From: Candidatus Gottesmanbacteria bacterium RIFCSPLOWO2_01_FULL_43_11b
GTDB taxonomy: Bacteria > Patescibacteriota > Microgenomatia > UBA10105 > UBA927
Assembly: GCA_001780985.1 (NCBI GenBank)
Contig: MFJV01000001.1
Coordinates: forward strand, 158,980 to 222,979
Reading direction: 5' to 3'
DNA length: 64,000 bases
How positions within the stretch are numbered: position 1 is the first letter of the stretch; each line of letters opens with the position of its first letter. A program made the translations under genes and the position numbers. The notes beneath the pieces are model-generated. The model did not search any database. It was given only the letters and a program-made list of their open reading frames with translations, and was not told the origin of the DNA. Shown here one piece after another: positions 19,861 to 27,966 of this stretch.

Positions 19861-21374
19861 AACTCCTTATTTGCCGCAGGATCCTGATTATATTTTTCCG
19901 CCTTGCCGAGTTTAATATAATATTCTGCACGTTGCAACTCTGTGCCGATGTAGATGAGGTGGCTGGGTAAAACCAAGTAATCGCCAATGTTGATCATTTG
20001 AATGTAGAGTTCCATCGCAGTTTTCCCCCGCCATTCTTTGAGAAGCAATCCTCCCTCTGGCGCGTAGAGCTTCACTACAATTTCATATATTTTTGATTTT
20101 TCGGCATACTTTGTCGGTCTGCCTACTTGATTTGACTGCTCAATTTCTATTGTTATATTTCCACGCCTGTCATCCTCAAACATTTGACGACTCGTATATC
20201 CTAGTTCTTTATCGTAGTTATCTTTGAGTATTTTTTCGACAAGTTCGTAATCGTCGCTATAGATATGGGCTGAATGGGTAATCATGACAAACGGGCCCAT
20301 TGTGTAGTCCGTCTCGTCGCTGACGAGTTTTTGGAGCTTCAAGAGACTAAACACGTTTCGCGGCCACCCGTGCACCATATCCTGACTTCGAAAGTGCGTT
20401 GTACAAAAGAGTTTGCTGTCTTGAATGGAAAATAACACTTGGGTGAGGCAAGGTGTATCACCTTTATTTACCTGATTCCAGTCTTCGCTCACTTTTGCAG
20501 TAAAAGCAACCATTTTTTTGCTAAACGGCCGATTTTTGATAAGTTCAATAATCTTTGCGATCTGATCGACATTGTCATGATTCCGTAATCTCTGACCGTA
20601 TGTATAAGCTATACCGGAAATTTGTTTAGCGGAAAGCACTTGCGGGTAATATTGTAAAAGCTCTGTTTTAGAAAACGGAAAATAGTGCGGTAAATACGGA
20701 TCTTCTGGATTCTCTTTATACACAACTGCCATCACGTTGAGAAGCTCTTTGAGTTCATTTTCCTGGGTATATCGTGTTTGCTTATTTCTCCCGTAACGCA
20801 TAATATTTTGAAGAATTTTAAGCCAGGTTTGGGCCGCTGTATCGCCGTCAATACGAAACCCAATCTGTTCACTGGGGTATGTGAAAGGCTTTGGTCTACT
20901 CGTTGGGAAAACCTTGGGTTTTGTGAAGGGTTGAACACGCTCCTTACTCAATATATCAACCGTCTTTTGGAGCTCACTGACGGGCTTTCCGCGAAGATTG
21001 ATCACTTCTACACTTTTTCGAAACTGGTCAATAGCATCTTTTCCAATCTCTTTTTCTATCTGCCCCTTCTTTTCGTCACCGACGATGAAAAACTCATTGT
21101 CTACCCCATTTTGCATGAGATTTACTAGCGCCTGCCCGCTTCTCGATAAATCAGCACCCCATAGCACTATTTTCCTCACATGCGGGTTTGCATAGATATT
21201 CCGAATCATGGCTGAAATTCCGGCCGACGAGTAGAGATTCCCGATTGCACAGTAATTTGTGGCCTCAAGCATCTTGGCCACTACCTGTCGTTCCGTCCAC
21301 ATAACGGCAACCCCCACGGGATTGTTCGGATCTTTCACTTGGAGCACGTGACGATATAGTATTGGCCAATCCAT
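19857..21374 (-). CDS. thymidylate-synthase (ThyA)-family enzyme with about 250-aa N-terminal MtrA-like/DUF4346-like extension
   Basis: The C-terminal half carries ThyA-fold motifs: TPCLTQVLF (catalytic Cys region), RSQDMVHGWPRNVFS and THSAHIYSDD. The N-terminal AIGNLYSSAGISAMIRNIYANPHVRKIVLWGADLSRSGQALVNLMQNGVD resembles the MtrA-like domain (recalled from memory). Confidence 0.65.
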   Translation of the reverse strand: MDWPILYRHVLQVKDPNNPVGVAVMWTERQVVAKMLEATNYCAIGNLYSSAGISAMIRNIYANPHVRKIVLWGADLSRSGQALVNLMQNGVDNEFFIVGDEKKGQIEKEIGKDAIDQFRKSVEVINLRGKPVSELQKTVDILSKERVQPFTKPKVFPTSRPKPFTYPSEQIGFRIDGDTAAQTWLKILQNIMRYGRNKQTRYTQENELKELLNVMAVVYKENPEDPYLPHYFPFSKTELLQYYPQVLSAKQISGIAYTYGQRLRNHDNVDQIAKIIELIKNRPFSKKMVAFTAKVSEDWNQVNKGDTPCLTQVLFSIQDSKLFCTTHFRSQDMVHGWPRNVFSLLKLQKLVSDETDYTMGPFVMITHSAHIYSDDYELVEKILKDNYDKELGYTSRQMFEDDRRGNITIEIEQSNQVGRPTKYAEKSKIYEIVVKLYAPEGGLLLKEWRGKTAMELYIQMINIGDYLVLPSHLIYIGTELQRAEYYIKLGKAEKYNQDPAANKEL

Positions 21375-21943
21375 TATCTTTCCATTCCTATCTTACTTGG
21401 CAGGGGCTTACGCTGACCGATATATTTTGCGGTCTTACGCTTGTAGTACGGCATTTGTGCTGGGCTTGTAAGTTCTTCAAATACTATTGAGCAAATACGC
21501 ATCCCGGGGTATAACATGACTGGGATTCTGCCCATATTGGCAAGTTCCAGTGTGATATGCCCCCGAAATCCAGCGTCTATATTTGCTGCTGTTGAGTGCA
21601 CGACTACCCCCATCCGTCCGATTGAAGACCTACCCTCAAGCTCACCGGTCAAATCTGCCGGCATTTCTATGTATTCGCGAGTTACCGCAAGAATAAATTC
21701 GCCGGAGTGGATGGTAAACGCTTCCCCGTTTTTCACTCTCACTTCGTGAGTGAGATCTATAAGTGTTGACGGGTCTTTGGGATCGATATATGGGGTTTTG
21801 CTGTGATTAAATACCCTATACACATTGCCTAACCGTAAATCCAGTTTACAGCTTCCGAGCTGCTCTTCGAAATTTGGCTTCGGCACTATCTTTACTTTTC
21901 CGCTTCTTATTGCCTTTTTAATATCACGGTCGGAGAGAATCAT
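21374..21943 (-). CDS. dcd: dCTP deaminase
   Basis: MILSDRDIKKAI start at 21943, with LDLRLG and GRSSIGRMG..D.GF.G..TLE motifs. Confidence 0.88.
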   Translation of the reverse strand: MILSDRDIKKAIRSGKVKIVPKPNFEEQLGSCKLDLRLGNVYRVFNHSKTPYIDPKDPSTLIDLTHEVRVKNGEAFTIHSGEFILAVTREYIEMPADLTGELEGRSSIGRMGVVVHSTAANIDAGFRGHITLELANMGRIPVMLYPGMRICSIVFEELTSPAQMPYYKRKTAKYIGQRKPLPSKIGMER

Positions 21944-22061
21944 GGAGAAAGTATAGGGAAATTTATTCACCAATACAAGCTACAATCCAAAAACTAATAG
22001 AAAACGTCTCACCTCAACGATCTCTTGACCCACACATACGCTATGATGTATTATCCCAAAC

Positions 22062-22397
22062 ATGAAAATAGAAACACTAGAACAATTAGCTGAAGACGGT
22101 GCTGCATCTCGAATTGTTCCAGTTGAGCCACTTGAGCTTAAACATTGGAGGGGAATCCTACGACAGCTCGCTTCCAAATTTAAACCGTCGAAGTTTATAG
22201 GAATTCCAAGGTATCACAATGGCAAATTCACAAGGGAAGTGAGACCTTCTATTACCGTCAGGCGGGATCACCATTCACGAGCTGATGGTCACAGAGACGA
22301 TTGGGATAAAGAAAAACAAGCAAGAACAGCTCGTTTCAAAAATACACGAAAAGCTGAACCGGTTGAACCTGAAGATCTTGTATCTGATGGGGATTAA
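22062..22397 (+). CDS. hypothetical charged protein
   Basis: 111-aa ORF with no motif recognised. Confidence 0.4.
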   Translation: MKIETLEQLAEDGAASRIVPVEPLELKHWRGILRQLASKFKPSKFIGIPRYHNGKFTREVRPSITVRRDHHSRADGHRDDWDKEKQARTARFKNTRKAEPVEPEDLVSDGD

Positions 22398-23068
22398 TTC
22401 TTCTTGAGGTATTTCCTTCTCTTTTCCTCACTCATTTTCTCAATTGCATAGCGGAGCATTGTGCGGGGCATGGATTTGTAATGTTTCTTCAAAAATCTTT
22501 CCTCTGCTTTTTGATCAATCTTCCCCACTTCCCGAAGCGCCCATCCCACGGCTTTATGCATAAGATCATGGGAGTCGTGCAAAAGTATTTCGGTAAGTTT
22601 GAGGGAATCGGAAATATCTTTCTCACGTAAAAATGCGAATGTAGAAATGACTGCGATTCTTCGTTCCCAGATATTTTTAGATTTTGCCAGTTTGTATAAC
22701 AACGTTCGCGGCTTATCCAAAAGAAAGGTGCCAAGTATTTTATGTGACGATAAATCTACAAGATCCCAGTTGTTTATATATTTTGTGTTACGAAGATAGA
22801 GATCAACAATTTCTTTCGTATTGCCTTTTCCGGTAAGAATAATAAGCGCGGTCAGGCGATACTCATGAATCGGGCTATGGAGTAATTTTTCAATGTCTGA
22901 TAGTGGAAGGTTCGCATACTTCCATGCGATTTTCCTCAATTGCGGTACGGTGAGCCCGATAAACACATCCCCCTCTCCGTACTCCCCCTTCCCCGTCTTA
23001 AAATATTTTGCCAGCAGTTTCGCTTTTTCCGGGTTCTTTTGACTTTGTAAATCTGATTGTATATTCAT
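22394..23068 (-). CDS. DNA alkylation repair protein (AlkC/AlkD-like HEAT repeat)
   Basis: NPEKAKLLAKYFKTGKGEYGEGDVFIGLTVPQLRKIA is typical of the family. Start chosen at ATG 23068 so it does not overlap the divergent gene. Confidence 0.78.
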   Translation of the reverse strand: MNIQSDLQSQKNPEKAKLLAKYFKTGKGEYGEGDVFIGLTVPQLRKIAWKYANLPLSDIEKLLHSPIHEYRLTALIILTGKGNTKEIVDLYLRNTKYINNWDLVDLSSHKILGTFLLDKPRTLLYKLAKSKNIWERRIAVISTFAFLREKDISDSLKLTEILLHDSHDLMHKAVGWALREVGKIDQKAEERFLKKHYKSMPRTMLRYAIEKMSEEKRRKYLKKN

Positions 23069-23099
23069 AAAAATTCGATTTATTGTATCATTAAATTCT

Positions 23100-23711
23100 G
23101 TGATTGCCGAAATTATCTTTGATCTTGAGACGCAAAAATTGTTTAGTGAAATCGGAAGTTTTAATCCGAGTAAGTTGGGCGTGTCTATTATGTCCATGTA
23201 TGTGCGGGAAGTTTCTGAAAATCAGGAGGAGCTTAACGGCAAATTGTTAAGCTTTTGGGAAAATGAGCTTGAAAAATCGTGGGAAATATTTAAGAAGGCA
23301 AGGAGAATCATCGGTTTTAATTCAATTAAATTTGACAGTGAAGTCCTCAAACCGTATGCGCCGGTTACGTTTTCTCGTCTCCCCCACTTTGACATACTCG
23401 CGTATTTGCGGGAGAAACTTGGTCATGGTGTAAGTTTAGATGCACTTGCCACGGCAACATTAGGCCGGGAAAAAACTGAGGTAGGAACAAAAGCTGTTGC
23501 GTATTGGCAGAGTGGCAAGCCCGAAGACCTCAAGAAACTCCAAGCGTACTGCGAAGCTGATGTGCTGTTAACTCGTGATGTTTATGACTACGCAATTAAA
23601 AACAAAATGCTCAAATACAGAGACAAATGGAATACACTCCGATCTGTTACGGTAGATTTTTCGTATCCGCAAGAGGTACTGGATGCATCGCGGCAGATCG
23701 GGCTGTTTTAG
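23100..23711 (+). CDS. RNase H-fold DEDD 3'-5' exonuclease-like protein
   Basis: GTG start. Motifs are ExoI IIFDLET, ExoII GFNSIKFD and ExoIII YCEADVLLT. Confidence 0.68.
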   Translation: MIAEIIFDLETQKLFSEIGSFNPSKLGVSIMSMYVREVSENQEELNGKLLSFWENELEKSWEIFKKARRIIGFNSIKFDSEVLKPYAPVTFSRLPHFDILAYLREKLGHGVSLDALATATLGREKTEVGTKAVAYWQSGKPEDLKKLQAYCEADVLLTRDVYDYAIKNKMLKYRDKWNTLRSVTVDFSYPQEVLDASRQIGLF

Positions 23712-24885
23712 TCGATCTATGGAGGAGTACTCCGATAAGTATTGGTATAATGGGAAGCACTCGAAGCCATAACCGCGTCACAGCAATTTCGTCTCCAAAC
23801 TGCAGGAAAATGTAAAGCAAAATAAATCCTGCAACTCGAAATACGCTTATCACAACCGACTGTTCAAGTAATAAATGATATTTATTCTTCCATCCTCCGG
23901 GAGATGCATCAAGCACACGATAAACCTCAAGTGTCAGAGCATTCACATAAAAGGCCGCTGTCATTCCTAAAACAAGTATATACACCCATCCGCCAAAAAT
24001 AGTATCGAATGATCCCAATGAATACACTGCGATAACGGTGCCTATTACTCCTATCCAAAACCCATACCGATACCGTTTGAGAAATGCAATCGAGACAATG
24101 CTGCCGATTGCTCCCAAAGCGGAGGCGACTGTTAATGCAAGTCCAAGTGCCGCTTCCCCTCTCAAAAGTATGTACAGCAAGATTCCGGATACTGTTGACA
24201 ATGCAACGTCGAAAAATCCCATAAGCCCTTGCTGCCACAGCACAAGACCCCATCGTGTACTTCGACGGTGGTGTATTACGTGTCTATACGAAAATTGCGG
24301 TGGATCATGAGAAGGAAGTTTCTCTATAAGAATGACCGCTGCAGTCAAAATGGTAAACACGATGAGAAACAAAATCGCGTAACCTGTTGAAATCGATCCT
24401 GATAACTGTCCGATGCCGGCAATTATCCAGCCGCCCAAAACCGGCCCCAATGCGCTGGCAAAATTTATGAGCGCAAGATTCCAACCGATATACTCCGCAC
24501 GTCTTCCGGAATGGGTAAGTATATACTGATTGAGGTTAAACGCGGACCAGTAGTTACCGCCGGAAAATCCGCCTAAGATACCTAATGGCACTAAATACGC
24601 AATGCTCCTTTCCTTGAAGAAAAACAGTAGGAAATAATACAGGGCGCTTGCCAGAAAACTTATTTTCATCATAAGCCCTGATGAAATTTTCCGTAGCGTT
24701 ATTCCTGAAAGTCCGTAGAAAAATGCGAATGATGTAAATGAAACGATGTTATAAAAAATTGTGGTTTTAAGGTCGCTATGGGCAAAGAAAAACACGCTGA
24801 CAAACACCCCTGCAAGGGCGTAGGAGAGAAAGTTTAAAAATTGGATGATTATGAGCTTACGCTCTTCGTTAGATAAATTCCGCAT
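23647..24885 (-). CDS. MFS transporter
   Basis: About 12 predicted hydrophobic helices. The track ORF begins at a TTG (24906), so ATG 24885 is more likely. Confidence 0.78.
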   Translation of the reverse strand: MRNLSNEERKLIIIQFLNFLSYALAGVFVSVFFFAHSDLKTTIFYNIVSFTSFAFFYGLSGITLRKISSGLMMKISFLASALYYFLLFFFKERSIAYLVPLGILGGFSGGNYWSAFNLNQYILTHSGRRAEYIGWNLALINFASALGPVLGGWIIAGIGQLSGSISTGYAILFLIVFTILTAAVILIEKLPSHDPPQFSYRHVIHHRRSTRWGLVLWQQGLMGFFDVALSTVSGILLYILLRGEAALGLALTVASALGAIGSIVSIAFLKRYRYGFWIGVIGTVIAVYSLGSFDTIFGGWVYILVLGMTAAFYVNALTLEVYRVLDASPGGWKNKYHLLLEQSVVISVFRVAGFILLYIFLQFGDEIAVTRLWLRVLPIIPILIGVLLHRSTKTARSAAMHPVPLADTKNLP

Positions 24886-24938
24886 ATTTAGCCCATTGTA
24901 ACGCAAAAAACATTTTTCTCAAAGGTACCGAGCCGCCG

Positions 24939-24958
24939 CCTGCCTGCCGGCAGGCAGG
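24939..24958. repeat. 20-bp perfect palindrome cctgcctgccggcaggcagg (copy 2, disrupting the msrB 5' region)
   Basis: Read directly from the sequence. Removing exactly these 20 nt joins KGTEPP to [17 protein letters not shown] in one frame. Confidence 0.95.
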
Positions 24959-24994
24959 TTTAGTGGAAAATACTACAACAACCACGATCCCGGA

Positions 24995-25258
24995 ATGTAT
25001 GTTTGTGTTTCGTGTGGGAATAAATTATTCAGTAGCGACACCAAATACGATAGCGGCACCGGCTGGCCGAGTTTTTGGAAAACTTCGGGAAAAGTAAAAA
25101 CGAGTGAGGATCATTCTATGGGAATGATTCGCACCGAGGTTATGTGCGGAAACTGTAGCGCACACCTCGGACATGTCTTTAATGACGGCCCTCGAGACAA
25201 AACCGGTCTACGCTACTGCATTAATTCCCTCGCCCTCGATTTTCGACCGAAGGAGTGA
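24995..25258 (+). CDS. msrB: peptide-methionine (R)-S-oxide reductase MsrB, 5'-disrupted (possibly a pseudogene or truncated form)
   Basis: CVSCG..CGNC zinc site, GWPSF, and the RYCINS catalytic Cys region. The conserved upstream KGTEPP segment lies in another frame and has no start codon. Confidence 0.75.
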   Translation: MYVCVSCGNKLFSSDTKYDSGTGWPSFWKTSGKVKTSEDHSMGMIRTEVMCGNCSAHLGHVFNDGPRDKTGLRYCINSLALDFRPKE

Positions 25259-25266
25259 TATGCACT

Positions 25267-26853
25267 CTAAAGGTAACCACCGTCTCTCAGGTGTGTTTCT
25301 ATATCTTTCTCAGAAAACCCTATTTTTTGGGCTATTTTATCCGCATGACTGGAAGTCGAAATACCAGGAACCAATTTAAAGGTTGGGTGATCACCATCAA
25401 ACTCCACTTGTAGGAACTGTCCTTTCTCTTCTTCTTTGAAATCATAAACCAATTCATGGTTATGGGTAACCAAAACAGTAGTGCCACCTTTTTTCTCGAA
25501 ACCATTCAAAACTGCCTGTGAGACCTGCATTTTCTCCTCTCTTGTTGTTCCTTCTGCCAACTCGTCCAGAACAACTAAACTTTTTGACCCGATAGAAAAA
25601 AAGATGTCGCGGGTTCTTGAAAGTTCGGTCCCAAACCGTCCTTCAGAATCTTCCAGAGCATCAAATTTCGGAGCTTGGTAAGCAATCTTTGTAGCCACAT
25701 TAATGACAGCGTTTTTTGCCAAAATGTCGCATCCTATTTGAGCCATAAGCTGACTCTGCACCACAGTTTTGCAGATTGTGGTTTTACCGCCACTATTTGG
25801 GCCTGTCACAAAGATAAGACCACGTAAGTCTACGGCATTTGGAACAAAATTTTCATCCTCCTTACCTAAAACAGGATTTCTTAGATCTTCAGCCTTAAAA
25901 GAATGACTGTTGTTATCTGTAATTTTGGGCGTAACCGTTGAGCTGGCCGCGGTTTTTGAGAACTCGAGGAAAGAGTTTAATTCATCTACTTTGCCGACTA
26001 CATCAACAGCCTGCAAAAATATTTGATTTTTTTGAGCAAGTTCATTTAAAGGCTGAATAAACGTTCGAAGATCAATTGTTGGTTTGACCCGATTTGCCAT
26101 CATTCCAAACATTGGCAGATATAAATTAATGATAAGGTAAAGGTCCATTTTATCGTCAAAAATGCTTAGTACTTCCTTTTGTTTAAATCCGGTAAACGCT
26201 GAGATTGCAAAAAATCCAAATGGGATCATCGGAATGATTGTTGAAGGACCGAAGCTCGTTGGCCAAAATCTTCTTTTTAGAGTCCAAAATCGAACCTCCT
26301 CTTTTGATTTTAATCCCTGTCTTGTTTTATAGATTGGACCTCTCATGAGCTGATAGACCGAAGACTTTTCGTAACTCTTAATAACGTCGGCTAAATTTTT
26401 AAGATACGCAGATTCAGGTTTTGGGATAACTCTGGATATTTCTTTTAAGTCTGAGGCTGCTTTTGTCGCCAGTTTAAAATCTTTATACGGGAACATCGTA
26501 TCCAAATCGTCATTGATAAATTTAAGAAAAGAATCTTCGAGAGCCTTAAAATTTTCAAGATAATCAATAATTGGTTTTCTGATCCGGTCGTTATTTCTAA
26601 GCTCTGCAACTGCTTCCTGCTTTGCCTGCACCACATTAATATCCTGGGGTGGGTGGGTTAAAGACCGATACAGAGTCAATGAACCCAAAGAAGTTATCGT
26701 GTGGTTCAGAGACTCATGCAAGTCATCTACCTGAATGAGTCGAAGTGATTCGCGGTCAGTGACCCCATCTTCGAGTTCATCAAGTAAGTCGTTGTGAATT
26801 ATTTGTAAAAGAGGTTTCTCACCTCTTGCGGTAAATCTGAGATGCTCAACCAT
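25267..26853 (-). CDS. MutS-related ATPase (domain V only) with central hydrophobic helices
   Basis: Walker A GPNSGGKTT, and LVVLDELAEGTT followed by TH (MutS domain V). No mismatch-binding domain. There are two hydrophobic segments near residues 220-290. Start chosen at ATG 26853. Confidence 0.75.
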   Translation of the reverse strand: MVEHLRFTARGEKPLLQIIHNDLLDELEDGVTDRESLRLIQVDDLHESLNHTITSLGSLTLYRSLTHPPQDINVVQAKQEAVAELRNNDRIRKPIIDYLENFKALEDSFLKFINDDLDTMFPYKDFKLATKAASDLKEISRVIPKPESAYLKNLADVIKSYEKSSVYQLMRGPIYKTRQGLKSKEEVRFWTLKRRFWPTSFGPSTIIPMIPFGFFAISAFTGFKQKEVLSIFDDKMDLYLIINLYLPMFGMMANRVKPTIDLRTFIQPLNELAQKNQIFLQAVDVVGKVDELNSFLEFSKTAASSTVTPKITDNNSHSFKAEDLRNPVLGKEDENFVPNAVDLRGLIFVTGPNSGGKTTICKTVVQSQLMAQIGCDILAKNAVINVATKIAYQAPKFDALEDSEGRFGTELSRTRDIFFSIGSKSLVVLDELAEGTTREEKMQVSQAVLNGFEKKGGTTVLVTHNHELVYDFKEEEKGQFLQVEFDGDHPTFKLVPGISTSSHADKIAQKIGFSEKDIETHLRDGGYL

Positions 26854-27053
26854 AGCGACTGGGGCATTATAGCAGGTCTTTTGCCTTTTGCAAAAAATCG
26901 GTCGGGGCGCCGAATTGGTAGCGGATTGCGATCCACGCCACCCCCGCAATAAGAGCAATGAGCAGGATTACCAAAAGTGTGAGAGGAAATTTCATCTACT
27001 CGTACAATAGCGGGAAGTAATGACACGTGCAGTTCGATGGAGCACAAAGTGTG

Positions 27054-27252
27054 TGGGTGATCCAGGGATCGAACCTGGGACCTCGTTCTTATATCACCCG
27101 AGTGATATTTCACGCAAAATGATAATGTGGGTGCGCATGGAATCGAACCATGTGCCTCTTTCTTATCAGGAAAGCGTTCTACCAGTGAACTACGCACCCT
27201 TCTTCATTTTGCGTGAACGCAGGAACGCGCTCTACCACTGAGCCAATCACCC
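27054..27252 (-). tRNA. interrupted tRNA gene with a 127-nt insert in the anticodon loop (anticodon GCG/Arg if joined at 36/37; identity uncertain)
   Basis: Exon 1 (27252..27218) is gggtgat tg gctc agtggta gagc g cgttc ctgcg. Exon 2 (27090..27054) is aa gaacg aggtc ccagg ttcgatc cctgg atcaccc a. The acceptor, anticodon and T stems are all perfect once the insert is removed. Confidence 0.6.
27128..27199 (-). tRNA. tRNA-Ile (anticodon GAU), nested inside the interrupted tRNA
   Basis: Hand-folded 72-nt cloverleaf: gggtgcg ta gttc actggta gaac g ctttc cuGAUaa gaaag aggca catgg ttcgatt ccatg cgcaccc a. Confidence 0.85.
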
Positions 27253-27267
27253 TTTAAAACAAATTTG

Positions 27268-27339
27268 AGGTGCGGAGGGGAATCGAACCCCTGTGTTGCG
27301 GTTTTGCAGACCGCCGCGTTACCTCTTCGCCACCGCACC
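27268..27339 (-). tRNA. tRNA-Cys (anticodon GCA)
   Basis: ggtgcgg..gcggt cuGCAaa accgc..agggg ttcgatt cccct ccgcacc u. The U73 discriminator is typical of Cys. Confidence 0.85.
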
Positions 27340-27390
27340 AATATGACCAATTGTACCAGATACAAAAAATCCCCTCAACGAGGGGTATTG

Positions 27391-27702
27391 CTAGGATTGA
27401 TTGAAGACTTCTTGAGGAATTTTCTCTATTTCAAAAACAATTGCACCTTTAGGTAGAATGCATTTTGGTGTAACTCCTGCTTCTTTCGTCAGTTCATTAT
27501 TTTCTGCCACTAATCCAGCGGGACCACCGACTGTAACCGCCGAAAGAATTCCCTCTTTATATTTCAACGCTCTCAAAGCACGCATCGTATCAGCGGTTTG
27601 ATCGACAATATAAGAAAGGCTGACGTCGGTACCTCGATGAGATACCCAAACATGACCTTCAATTTCAATATTCCCTCCGCTTGTTAAATGCGCGCGTGGC
27701 AT
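27391..27702 (-). CDS. hypothetical protein between the 16S rRNA and the tRNA genes
   Basis: 103-aa ORF with no motif recognised. Confidence 0.45.
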   Translation of the reverse strand: MPRAHLTSGGNIEIEGHVWVSHRGTDVSLSYIVDQTADTMRALRALKYKEGILSAVTVGGPAGLVAENNELTKEAGVTPKCILPKGAIVFEIEKIPQEVFNQS

Positions 27703-27966
27703 AGAGGTGTTAGTGTAGCAGGATTTCTTTTCTTTGACAATCGAATGGTGACAGGAAGAAATTGAGAGTTGTCACTCAACCATCTTTTATACACTAAAAG
27801 ACGATTTGCTCGAGAGTGACTTTGTCCCGCTCTCAGCGGGACGGATAATCAATCTCATCTTGAATTCCTCGCTCCGATTAGATCGGAGTGTAAATTCTCA
27901 ATGACACTGATTTTATAAATAGAAAGGAGGTGATCCATCCCCAGCTTCGGCTAGGGATACCTTGTT

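Noticed and set aside
27091-27217. Interpreting the tRNA insert as a group I or archaeal bulge-helix-bulge intron.
   Set aside because: It is too short and lacks the P7/J8-7 core strings seen in the two rRNA introns. I also could not draw a 3-4-3 bulge-helix-bulge at the exon junctions. The mechanism is therefore left open.
26799-27456. ORFs 26799..27197, 27020..27241 and 27265..27456 across the tRNA region.
   Set aside because: They run through or antisense to well-folded tRNA genes. Peptides such as GIEPGTS or GGESNPC are typical translations of T-arm sequence.
27822-27841. Hairpin gtcccgc-tctca-gcgggac in the 16S trailer, which resembles the T-box Stem I hairpin gtcccg-ttcggag-cgggac at 8045..8063, as a possible repeat family.
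   Set aside because: Only the 6-7 bp stem is shared and the loops and contexts differ. Two short GC stems are not enough to claim a family.
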